This document shows, piece by piece, positions 48,150 to 60,118 of a DNA stretch of 64,000 bases. Below the pieces are notes generated by a model. The model ran no database searches. It was not told the DNA's origin and was given only the letters and a program-made list of their open reading frames with translations. Location: positions 124,001 through 188,000 of the forward strand of contig OZ037842.1 in the NCBI GenBank assembly GCA_964035575.1, in the 5' to 3' direction. Position 1 is the first letter of the stretch. Each line of letters starts with the position of its first letter. This DNA comes from Rhynchopus sp. YZ270_cl-10 (Eukaryota). The translations under genes and the position numbers were made by a program.

Positions 48150-51100
48150 ACCTTGATTTTTTCTTTTTCCCGTTTTTGATATCGGCAGAATCACTTTGCA
48201 ACTACCAAAAAAAGAAGGCAAGGAGTAAAGTGGTTGTAGTTTTGTTTGCTTTTTTTTTTTTTTTTTTTGAAAATGCTAGAGTTTGGCGTATAGTAGGTAC
48301 ATCACATTGTTTCGTTAGTTTCTTTTTTTTTTTTTTTTTTTTGTCTTTCTTTCTTTCGTTCTGGGGTAGATTATGTTCCTATTCTTTGTTGAAAAATTCA
48401 GGGGTTTTTTTATTGTTTTTATTGTTTTGAGTCACACAATTCTTATTTCAATGCAATTTACCAATAATTTTGGTATTATAATTACCGTATTCGTAAAAAC
48501 GTTCGAACTTCCAGAAAAATCCTGAAAAGGTCGAACATTAGTCCGATCGACAATTTTTTCCGATGACGGTACTATCCAGCGTGTACGAGAGGCGATCACA
48601 GATGGACAGGACTGTTGAAAATTTTTTTTTTCACTGTAACCTACCGGAGTAGGCGTGACGCTGACTACACGGTAGTTATTGGTAGCCGCACCACTGGTGG
48701 AATCTTTTGCCCATCCGTTTGGAATTCTCAACAGTTTGCACTACTAACACAGAGAAGTCACCCTTCATCGTTTTTCGGCCTGTCGCCATCCGTGTATTTG
48801 AATTTCTCAAAGAAAAAAACAGACCAGTCTGGCCCAGATCCTTTTTTTTCACTACTTTTTATTGGTAGCTGGCGCAAAAAAAATACATCACATTAAGGGG
48901 GAAATATCACTCGAGAGAAAAATTGAAACAAAAAAAAGGGGGCATACTCTTGGAGGGAGCATGCCTGGGGGAGGGTTCCATTGGGGTAGCGCGAAGGACT
49001 CTGTAGCATATTCTTATTGATCAAAAAATAACGACTTATTTCGAATCCCCTTTTTGTCAGCCCACTGAGAAAAAGGTGAATGTGCCTTGTTGCACACTGT
49101 TCTAACACAAAGAACTGCCAAAAAACCCCACCGAAGTGAACACAACACATTTTCGAATGAGAAATTGTTTTTTTGTTTCACGATAGAAATAAACAAATAC
49201 TCTGGAAGTTGGTCCCATCTGAAAAAGGGCGATCTGATACGGGGAGAGCTGAGAGCTGAGAGTTGTGAGACACTGATAGTGTGTAACAAAAAATTCGTCT
49301 CCCCCCTTTTCAGATACCCTAGAAGTGCGGTACAGTGGGTGAAAATTTAAAAAAAAAAAATCTCAAAATCTCAACGTATGCACTTCAGTGAAAGCATAGG
49401 TATAGGGATCAAAAAAAATGTTCCAAAAAAAAAAAAAAAGAGGGTAAAATAACACCTGATTTTGCCTGAAATTTGGGTGAAGTTTTGGGGGGGTTTAAAC
49501 ACCACCAAACTCCACAAAAATCTCAGGAAACATCAGGTGGGAAATATTGTTAAAGGTGACCATTGTCTCTAGAAGATATACCTTAATATGGCTTGAAAGA
49601 TGAAATGTGTCTCTCGTGCACGTACATCAAAAAAGAAAAAGAATCAGAAAAAAAGAAATAAAATAAAAAGGCAAGAGAATCCAGTCTGCAAGGGGAGCAT
49701 AATTAAAGAATGGACTAGATGAACGGGAAAATGGGTAACAAAAAACGGGTGAAAAAAAAAATGAGGAAACAAATCCAGGGGAGAAAAGGGACACACAAAA
49801 AATGTTGCAAAAGGGAGAGGAATGGGAGGAATGGAATGGGAAGAACAAGATTTTTTTTTTGAAAAAAAACCGTGAGAAATTCACGTGGAGACACTAAACA
49901 TTGGCACGCAAAAAAATATAATACACGTAGCTATACGAGTATTTGGTTTACTTCGTTTCGTTGCTTTTTAAACTTGACGTTTTTTGCATTCTGCCCAAGC
50001 CGCAGTCTTCCTCCCCACCCTTCTAGATATCACCACTGTAAATGGAAATTTTCCCGGTATCATATTTCATAGTGTATTCGTTTATATTTTTCTTTTGAAG
50101 CTTCCTTTTTATCATGGATGTACAAAGCACTTGAACGAAAAAGTACTAAAAAGTATTTCAACATTCAATAAATTGATAGCATAGGATACAGGGATCAACA
50201 AAGATGTTCCCATACTAGAGACAACAAAAAATTCATATCCCACCAAGTACTTGAAACAAAGAAAGTACTTGAAGTGAGCGAAAAAAAAAGTTAAAAAAAA
50301 GTGAATAAGTACTTTGTGAACATCCATGGCTTATGATTTTTGACAAAAAAAAGAAAAAACACAGAAATGAAAATTAGTGTTGACAGATAGCACGGTTTTC
50401 TTCACAGGATCCTTAAAAGAGAGCAAATAAAAGGAGTAATCTGACGGACTGCCAAAAAGGCAAAGAAAATGCGCGATTTGAAAAAAAAGATACAAAATAA
50501 GAGACACACCTCTCAGTGGGGAGAGTACTTAGTCGCTTTGATTGCAATTGTCATCGCATCAGCTGTGCAAAAAAATCATACCCACTAATTTTCACTATTT
50601 TTTTTGTCATAAAATTGAAAAGTTCAAAAGAAGAAAAAAACATGCAGGAGGAAAATTTCCAGGAGGAGGATAACGCGAAACGGATGGGGGAGGTGATGGC
50701 TGTTGCTTGGATAAGGATTTACGCCCTATTTTTTTTTTCTTTTTTTTTTTTGGGGAGGAAGGGGAGGAATGGTGACAAACGGGAGAAATGTGTGGCTGTT
50801 TGTGGGTCAAGGGGAATTAGCTGTGTTTTGGGGGAGAACATAAGTAAAAGAAAAACTCCCCTCAAAACATGAAAGACAAAACAAAAAAAGTGATTATTTA
50901 AAAAACAAAATAGCATAGTACCATACGTACCCCGAATGTAGGTACCAAAAAAAAACAAAGTTGACAAGATGAAACTAAGCCTCTCGTGCTTAGTCACCCC
51001 AAAGCAAAGTGAGGGGTTGCAGGGTTGCAAACCCAGAGTGTTCCAAAGGGGTTCTGTGAGTGATAAATATAATGTGAAGGACAGCGAAAATCAAAATTAT

Positions 51101-53790
51101 GGGGAAATAAAAAAACAATTTTTTTTTGTAGTTCCAAAGAAGGGGGTGATAGGGGAGGGACAAAGCAAGGCCCAATATGGGTTATTTGTTTTTGAAAATA
51201 AAAAATAAAAAAAAGGAAAAACAGTTGCAGTGGAAGAAGACGCTCTTCACTGCAACTTTCAAAGTAATCTTTTTGTTTCTCGCAGGCAAAGGGTTTGCCT
51301 GGAGCATGTTGGAGAAAGGAACAAAAAAGAAAATAAGCAATAGGTGGGGTGATCAGGGGTACTTTTCTGCCACTCTGGTCACAGAAACATCACCATTAGG
51401 CCTCAATGGGACATATACTGAAAAGAGATTTTTTGCTCAATTGACAATTTCTTGATTGTAATAAATGAACTGCAACAGTTCATCCAACAACAGAAGATGT
51501 AAAAAAAGAAAAGAAACCTGGTGGCTAAAAACTACAGGTTTTGTAAGGCAGAGAGGCTAGTGTTATTTGCAAAATAGGAACTGTTGCTCTTTCTCTTTCC
51601 CCCCTTGTGCCATAACTCGTAAGACCGCTAACTATGCGGGGTTTACTGATTGCAAGACAAGGGGGTTAAGTTAACTCCATCAATAACCGAAGTCTAATGA
51701 GGAGTCGCAGAAAAGAAATGCAACCACCCGTTTGTATCTTGGTCTGTGTAAGGCTGGTGGCCCCCACGGTGTTGGTGTTGATGTTCCCAAATTACTATTT
51801 GATTTCACAAAAAGGAGGAAAAACAGGAAAACAAGAATAAAACGGGGTGAAAGGAGAGAGGGAGTTCGGGGGCTTAGACTCGGTTTACACTTCTTGTCAT
51901 TCCAAATAAGAAATGCAACGTTTGTCAAAGAAAAGAAAATTTGGGAGGAGAGAGGAAGAAAAAGGCGGGAAAAATGTGATGGTTAAAAAAAAACACAGCG
52001 TTTTAACAAGACAGGAATTCAAACGGGGAACTGGGAGGGGCAGATATACACACGGACTATGGGGGACAGCTGAGGTTATTATTTTACCCCAACAGCAGCA
52101 AGAGCCGTCATGGAAACTGGGGAAGGGAAGGGAAGGGAAGGGACGGGACAGGATAAACACATTGCCGCAATGAAAGGAAGGGGGAAGTGACAAAAGAATG
52201 GGATTGGGAATGGGGTTTTTTTTGTCAATTACGTTTTTGTCGTTTGTCGTCGAAACGACAAACAAAAAGTACCTGTTTAAAAAAAATGCAAAAGCGAAAG
52301 CTGGTAAGATGAATAGAGTCTTGGAATAGGCGGGATCGGTTGGACTGAGTTTTTATTTTATTTATTTTTTTTTTTGCCGGCTGTGCGCGGCTGTGTCCCC
52401 ACAAGGAAAAGGGAAACCGATCCCTTCCCTGCCCAGTCGCAGTGTGGAACCCCGCTATGTGGCACAACAATACAAAGAGGACAGTACTATATGGCGCGGC
52501 CAAAAAAAATTACCATGTAGTCAGACATAGGTAAACAGTTAACAGTAGTAACTCTGATACAAAGGAAAAAAAAGGTTCTATCGTTGAGTGCTCAATTACC
52601 CTGTTATAGGGGTGATTGGCGACCGTGTCGGAGGAACTATTTCTCCTTTAAGCTGCGCTTTGTAGGTATACAAAAAAGAGAGAAATGTTTAAGACGACCC
52701 TAAGCCTCGCGTGGCTCAGATGCCTTTAAAAAAGAGAGGAAGATACGAGAACAACAAAACTCTATTTCACAAATCATAACTGTTGGATGCATGGAGGGGT
52801 TGTGTTTTTAAAAGGTGTTTTTTTTTTTTTTCGTTTTGTTGTTTTCCTAGTGGGCATCATCCTGTAAGGCCTTTTGTAGCAGGCATGAATCCTGCCAATG
52901 AAGCCTCGAGCAGGAAGCACCGGTAGAGGGGAGGTATTTTCATAAAAAAAAAGGATAAAACTTCAACAAAAGATGACAACCTTGCGTGCCATAAAAATAG
53001 ATTCTCAACGTAAGATTTCAAATGAGTTTTTCAGGATAAAACCGAAAAAATGAAGGGGAAAAAAAAAATAGAACAAGACAGAGAGAGGAGAAGGTGATTG
53101 GCATACAGAGAAAAGTAAAAGAAAAATTGTTTCATATACTAACTATTCTACTGAATAGAAGGTATAATAGGGTGCACTAAATGTACCCAAAACAAGAAAA
53201 AGAAAAAATAAAAACAGGATTTTTTGACGTTTTGTGTTATGCGCAATAAAAAATGCTTTCAAAGAAACATTCTACTGCATTACGTTTTGGTTGATAATCG
53301 TTTTGGAGGGGCTTACGTGTGTTTAAGGGGAAAATGAAATATAAAAAAATGGTGTGGCTTCTGTGAATTTGTTCACGTTGTGAAACAGGGGGAAACCCCA
53401 TCTGAGAGAATGACTCTGTGTGTCCCCTCAGAGGTGGATAAACAAGAGAGCAACAAAACAAAACTAACCTTCTCCGTACCAAGGCCAAATCCGTTGTGAA
53501 AGTTTGCATTGTTGCCCCCTCCTTTTTTCATTGTTTCGTGGCACGTTTTTTTTCATATTTTTTTTAAAAAGGCAAAGGTTGAAAAGATAAACATGGCATC
53601 CATCTTAATCAAACAAATATTCGTCTTGTTATTCGACGCTGTTGTAAGGGGGTGTAGGGAAGGAACCACAAAAAAAAGAAGAAAAAAAACATTATTTTAG
53701 AGAGGAATTGACGCTTTTTCTTCACCGGTTTGAAGCTTTTCACAGTATATTTTCCCCCATATTAAAAAAAAAGGTTAAATAACATTGCGA

Positions 53791-54942
53791 TTAGCCTTCA
53801 AACGCGGTTGGGAGAAGCGATTCAAGCAAGAAGATTAGTTCGTGGTCGGCAGCTTCTGTGCCGTTTTCTGCGAAGGATCTGCGGAGAGAAGGGAGGTCGT
53901 CGTCACTTGTGGCCGACGCAGCACGGCTGCTGTCCTTCACGCTCTCTGCCTCTGACGTGGCGTACCCACCACACTCCGACTTACAGGCCTCTGCAGCCAA
54001 GGCCTCCAGCCTTGCCCTCTGTGCTGACCCGGTGCCGGAGGTAGTGCTTCCGTTCTTGCAGTTCTCGACGGAGTCGGTGCTCAACGGGCAGTAGTACACA
54101 TCAGAGGACGCGGTGTCGCCGTTCAAAGGAAGCGGGCTCTTCGAGACGTAGTGCCCACCACGCCTCTGCGCAGTGACACTCACAATGCGCACGTTCTCAA
54201 TGTGCTTCCTGCCCTTCTCATGCACAGAGTACTGCCTCAGCGAGTTGCACACCACAGCGCACTCAACGCATTTGTACTTCTTTGCGCGCACCGTCAAACG
54301 CTCCTTGGGCTGGCTCACCAAAAGACGCCCTGTGAACTTCACACGCAGCGTCGTTGAGAGGAAGTACGCCAGACGCCCCGGGTGCAGCCAGTGGGAGACA
54401 TGCGGCCACTTCTCGGAGAACTCCGCACACTGAGTGGACCACTGCACGCACTCCACTGCGCTTGCCCGCAAGGTGCTGCGGATCACATTGATAAAGTCCT
54501 TTTCACAGGCCATGATCTCTTTCGAGTGGACGGGGGCGTTCTGGCCTTCGTTTGCCGCTGCAGCCCAGTCTGCGGAGGTGGGACGGTAGGCCTTGCGGAG
54601 AAGACGGGTACGGAACATCTCGACTGCGATGCGGACCTTCTCCTCCTCAGAGGCGTCGTGGCAGGGTGAGGGTGTGTCGGAGGACTCTGATGTGAAGGAG
54701 GCTGGTGCGGGGTGTGACATGGAGAGGGACAGCTCCTGCGATTCGTCGTCGTTAGCCATGGACGACACGGAGCATGGGGGCTGCTGCCACTTTGCGTCTG
54801 TCGTCGTCGTCGTAGGCGTCATGGTGTAGTCTGTGGCTGTGCTCTCCGCCTTTTGGCAGTGAAATGCAGCGGAAAACCCTGCAAGCGACTCTACGAATTG
54901 GTTCGACGTAAACGCCGAAGCCTGTGGGTACAATGCAGACAT
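53791..54942 (-). CDS. Protein with a matrin/U1-type C2H2 zinc finger (383 aa from MSALYPQ)
   Basis: YKCVECAVVCNSLRQYSVHEKGRKH; ATG preceded by an A/C-rich leader like the other genes. Confidence 0.8.
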   Translation of the reverse strand: MSALYPQASAFTSNQFVESLAGFSAAFHCQKAESTATDYTMTPTTTTTDAKWQQPPCSVSSMANDDESQELSLSMSHPAPASFTSESSDTPSPCHDASEEEKVRIAVEMFRTRLLRKAYRPTSADWAAAANEGQNAPVHSKEIMACEKDFINVIRSTLRASAVECVQWSTQCAEFSEKWPHVSHWLHPGRLAYFLSTTLRVKFTGRLLVSQPKERLTVRAKKYKCVECAVVCNSLRQYSVHEKGRKHIENVRIVSVTAQRRGGHYVSKSPLPLNGDTASSDVYYCPLSTDSVENCKNGSTTSGTGSAQRARLEALAAEACKSECGGYATSEAESVKDSSRAASATSDDDLPSLRRSFAENGTEAADHELIFLLESLLPTAFEG

Positions 54943-56462
54943 CTTTTGTTGTGTATGTTGTGCGTTAATTTGCTGTAACAATAGGGTGGTGGTGGTAGTG
55001 GTGCAATGAAAGTGCCAGGGGGTTATCAAGGAAAGCCTCCAAACCGTTTGTGCCCTCGCATCGGAGAGGAGAGTGGAAGGGAGCCCTGAGATCAGGACGC
55101 AAAGACCGACACAGAAAAGAAGAATTTGATGAACGACGACTTTTTTGAAACCGTTGACAGAGGTGGTGGACGGCGCAGGTGTGACAATAAGATAAGAAGC
55201 ACAGCGTATAACACCGCAACACAAGCCAGCGCCTCAGGGAAAAACCCCAAAGACGCTGGTAGCGGGGCCCGCTGGCAGAAAGCATAGCGAGGTTAAGAGA
55301 AATCGTCTGCACCTTGCTGAAGGGAGTTCGACCGGTCCGGCATATAGAAACCCGGGGGGGAAACTACGCGTGTCTCCCCCTCGATCACTCTGGAGTTTGT
55401 GAGGAACATTTGCGGAGGTGGGAGTTGCCTCAGACTTTCTCACCGTTCTACACGATTGCATGAAAAAAGAGCTGAACTAAAAAAGAAAATATATCAGGTC
55501 TTTGTTTGTGCAGTTTTGTTTTCCCAAAATCGCTTCCTCCAATATTTTTTTTTTTGTACTTACAACTAAAAGATGCTGTTGTGTGAAAAAAAAATAAATC
55601 AAAATAAGAAAACTGGAGATCGGACACACCCCCGCTCGCCCCTCTTCAACACATCTTTTTTAAAGAATAGTTTGCTGAGGATGTGAGAGGGTTACTTTTA
55701 TACCACCCGGATTGTTTCCAGTCTTCAAGGTGTTTGTTGTGAGCGAATCAGTGTTTACTAGATGGGGGAATTTTCGGTTCAAAATAGAAATGCGTGAAGT
55801 TCACGCGAGAAAAAAGCGAGGAATCTACACGTCATCAATTTTTCAGAAAAAGAAAAGAGAAAAAAAAAAACAAAACAACACAAAACTGTAGTTGTTGATG
55901 CAGGCACTTCCGGATGAAAGCAAAATGAAATACCTAGTCGTCGTTGCAGCGTCCAGCGGTTTAATAACAGCAAAAACAAAATGGAATGCAATTAACTATG
56001 TAGTCGCAGAAATGGGAGAAAGCGAGGTTGAAAGAATATGAAGAAAAAAATTTATAAGATGACCCTAAGCCTCTCGTGCTTAGTCACCTGGATTCACAAT
56101 CATTATCTTGAAAAGGTATCAAAAATGAAGATGTTCTGCGGGGCTAATGGATACGATATTTCAGTAATAAGTAAACTGCGAAGCAAAATAAAGTTGACTT
56201 GAAAAACCTGAAATAAAAATCCAAAAATAAAAACCAAATAAAAACAAAGTGGGCATAGGGTGGGACTCACGATCAGTCAAAGAACAATTCTGGATATGAC
56301 AGAAATGGGAGAAGAGAGAGCAAAATGGGCCAAACAACGAAAATGCAAAGTGTGGGGGTAACCATCACTGGAAGAAGAAAATAGTACGCCCGAAAACATT
56401 GGTCCCGCACCCGTTCATATTATTGAGTATTGACATCATGGTGTCAAGGAAACACGCTATGT

Positions 56463-57758
56463 TCAAAGTTGGTACATCATGTTCGCGTTCATGTTGACCG
56501 CAGTGTTCTTCTCCTGCACGTAGTTGTCCTCCATCATCAGCGTATGGGAAGGAGACTTCTTTGTCATCATCCACACAGCGACAGCAACAATCATCAGCAC
56601 CATTGCACCGCCAGTTCCAATCAGGATCCAAAGGTAGAGAGGAAGCCCGCTGCTGTCCTCGGGGGCAAGGCCAGCGTTAGGGAGGGCGACCACAATCGCT
56701 TGGTTCACGCACTTCATACCGCCGTGTGCCACACAGTTGATCAGGTCGAAGCATGCTTCGTCGAAATCACCGGAGCAAGCGTTCGGGTCAGAGTTCACGC
56801 ACTTCACCACGTTGTCCTCGCAAGTGCTTAGCTCAGACTTCAGCGCCTCAATGTGCTCCCCCTGAACTGCACACATCAGCGATTTCTGCACTGCGCAGTC
56901 CTTGTCGATTGTGCCGTCGCGCTGCCCGCAGAGCGCCATGTAGGACTGTGTGCAGTCGACAGTCTGCTTCACCGACGATGGGATGAAGCGTGTGGGGATG
57001 AGCTCGTACCCGGCACACTCGTTGATACCTTCACCCATGCACTTCACCTGCAGAGCACACTTGTCGGGTGCGTCACCAGCTTCCAAATTGCATGCCACAG
57101 GCTTCTGGCAGGCTGTGATCTTATCGCCCATGCACTGGTAGTTGGGCACGTTGAGGAACATCTTGAACTGACCGTTTGTGAAGTCCTTGAGCAGGCCAGA
57201 GCTGATTCCACAATCGAAGAAGTTGTTAATTTCGCTCATTTCATCGCTGGCGGACCCCTTGTCGCTGCCGCTCTTGTCCATGCAGCTGTTGAAGGGCTCG
57301 TAGTTGTACCCCAGCATCTGCTCACTGGTCTTCATGTCAGCAAGCGGGAAGACGTCGGCCTTCAGGCAGGTGTTCACAGCAGTTGCAACACACCTAAACT
57401 CGTCAACACACTTAAATGTCTGATCGCACACCACACCCGTGTCGCAGTAGAGCATCTTGTCCAGAAGGCACGCATACGTGGCACGCGACGTGTCAGGGGA
57501 CGACAGCGCAGGAAGGTTGAAGAAGGCAATGTCCGACAGAGCTGTGTACTCCTGCAGGCAAGACAGGGCTGAGGCAACCATTTGCCCTGTCTTCCTCTGA
57601 CAGTTGGCTGCCAAGGGACTGTCCCCACAGTTGAAGTCTCCCGTGGTCTGGTCAAAGCCTGCCTCGTCCATCGCCTTCTGAGCGCAGTTTGCCAGATCCT
57701 TGTAGTCATACGCCTGAACGGCCACGACACACAGCGGAAGCATCAGGGCACGCATCAT
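56463..57758 (-). CDS. Cys-rich type I membrane protein of unknown family
   Basis: Signal peptide MMRALMLPLCVVAVQA, many regularly spaced Cys, TM segment LYLWILIGTGGAMVLMIVAVAVWMM, short tail ending MYQL. Confidence 0.85.
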   Translation of the reverse strand: MMRALMLPLCVVAVQAYDYKDLANCAQKAMDEAGFDQTTGDFNCGDSPLAANCQRKTGQMVASALSCLQEYTALSDIAFFNLPALSSPDTSRATYACLLDKMLYCDTGVVCDQTFKCVDEFRCVATAVNTCLKADVFPLADMKTSEQMLGYNYEPFNSCMDKSGSDKGSASDEMSEINNFFDCGISSGLLKDFTNGQFKMFLNVPNYQCMGDKITACQKPVACNLEAGDAPDKCALQVKCMGEGINECAGYELIPTRFIPSSVKQTVDCTQSYMALCGQRDGTIDKDCAVQKSLMCAVQGEHIEALKSELSTCEDNVVKCVNSDPNACSGDFDEACFDLINCVAHGGMKCVNQAIVVALPNAGLAPEDSSGLPLYLWILIGTGGAMVLMIVAVAVWMMTKKSPSHTLMMEDNYVQEKNTAVNMNANMMYQL

Positions 57759-60118
57759 TGTTGTGTTGTTGTGTTGTTATTCTGTTGATGTTGCAGTGGA
57801 AGCAAAGCTATTCACGACGTATGTGGGAAAGCGCAATAGTTTTTTGCAAGAAGGAAAGAATCAAGGGATGCTGATTTCAAATCACTTTCAAGACGTGGTT
57901 CACGACCACGCATTAGGAAGCCCGGGACCTGGTACCGCTTGGTGCCGACATCAGGCGCACGAGTACCCCTCTGATGTCGTTGGGATAGCGGATCGACACT
58001 TCAAGTCTTGTTTCTTTGCAAGGAAGGGGTAAAAGGGTAAGGGGTTGCATGAGATACGAGATGTCCATGTGTTCTTTTTTTGTAACGTAGCCACAAATGA
58101 GTGGAAGAGGTGGGAAGGAGTGAAGGGGGGGGTTGTGAAAGGGGAAGACGGGAGGGGAGGTGGGTGGGGAGCAGCTATTGGCCCCCCTCCCTTTCCTCCT
58201 GCTCCCTTTCCTCCTGATTCACCACATTTTTTTTTGAGCGGGCTTTTTTTTTGCATATTTTTCATTCGTCTACAATCGTACTCCATATACACCCTCCTTC
58301 CCTATGCGGGCTCTAAGTAATTTTTCTGATTTTCCCCCCCAAATAACGAACATGATAACAGGACAGTATCTAGATCCAGATCGAGGTTTCTTGGATACGC
58401 CCATGACATTTAAAAAAGGCAGGGGGGGTCTTTTGCCGTACAGGGGAATAATCACGTATCGCTGCAAAAAAAACCACACACATGGTGCTCCGGGAGGGGT
58501 CGATATTGACAGGTCGCTGACAGGTTGTTGACCGGTTTCCGGAAAGCACCATTTTTTTTTTCTTCCCTTGAAAAAAAAAGGCTGCAAATTATTAGAAAAG
58601 TATAGCTTCTATTGTGGGATCTTTCTTCTTGAAAGATTGGTAGAAAAAAATAGGACTAGGGATATGATTCCATTGATTTAGCCATTCAGTGTGTTACGTC
58701 TGTTAGGCACGCTGTGGCTTTGTTCACAGTAACAATCACAGGCGGTTTTGCAGTTCAGGCTCGTCAGCCCCAGGCCAAATATAAGGATTGACAGATTGAG
58801 AGCTCTTTCTCGATGCAATAGTGTGCATGGCTGCTCCTTGGTTGTATTCCACACCACCTACATGGTGATTTGTACACCACCCACACCTTTTTATTTTTCT
58901 TCGTTTATTTTTTTTTTTGAATGTACAATAATTTCTTTCGTAGGATATGAAGAAAGTCTCCTCTTCCCCTTAAGGCAACGAAGTAACCGAGGGAACACAA
59001 CTGATCGCAAGATCAAAGAGGGGTGAAGAAGAGGGGGGCGGGAAGAGTGGAGGATGAATATCAAACAAAAGAAAAGTTGATCAGATGAAATATGCCTTGC
59101 GTGCATGCGCATCTTAAAAGAAGTTTATAAGATGATCCTAAGCCTCTCGTGCTTAGTCACCTTAAAAAGACAACCATTGAAAAATGCTGATAACGCTCCT
59201 GAAGGATCTAAAAGGGACAAAGCGTCCTGAAGAAAACCTCTCGAGATGATGAAAAAAAAAAATCCTTTTTCCATGAATGTGCCTGCTGCGCACAAAATAT
59301 TGGGAGGACATGAGAGTGAACACGAGGTATCTCTGTTTTTTGTGGGGAAAAAAATGAATGTGCCTCGTGCACAGCCCTAAAAAAAAACTAACCACAGAAA
59401 CAGGAGATACTCACTCCAATGTACACCCACATATGCCCCCAAAGTGAGAAAATACAACCCAAATCCCCCCCAAACCCCTGTCAATGGCTTCACCGTTCGT
59501 TTTTTTTGTTTTGTTTTTGTTGTTGCTGTCTTAACTGTTATCAAAAACCACACCAGTGGAAGCAAAAAATAAATCGACTTGAAATACAAAGCCCTCTCGT
59601 TACAGTGTACCTTGGTACCGGTGCACCGTGGTGGACCCCAACCGTGTACACCACATCCGTTTCGTGGTTTACATAATATTATGAAAAAAAAAAAAAAAAT
59701 ACAGCAGAGAAAGTGGGCAAGATGACCTAAGCGAGTCTCCTTTCATAAACCACCCCTTTGTTGGGTTCACATTTTTTGTGGAAAAACTGTGTTCACCCCC
59801 CCATCCCTATTTTCCCAGCGGGGGGGGTGCAGCTGCACCCCCCCGCACCCTTTGACTACCTGGATAATCTTGTTTTTTTTTATCTTTTCTTTTTTTAATA
59901 TCTTTTTTTTTTGCGCAGGTGACAGCTCTCCCTTCATCCTCAGAGCCTATACATATCACAAAACATAATATAACACCCAGCAGACGATACCTGCAGAGAC
60001 TACGTTGCGTTGCACAGACGCAAGAATGGGGGGGGTGGGGGAGGGGAAGTGGGGAAACCTAAACAAAACAGAAACCGCAAAATAGAACAGAAAAAGACAA
60101 TTTGCTTGTTGTCGCCTT

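Noticed and set aside
51527..51545. Spliced-leader-like stretch AAAAACTACAGGTTTTGTA
   Set aside because: Short, mismatched and opposite to gene sense; chance similarity is likely.
54943..55224. N-terminal extension of the zinc-finger ORF
   Set aside because: Begins at a non-ATG codon and reads like leader sequence; MSALYPQ is the first ATG.
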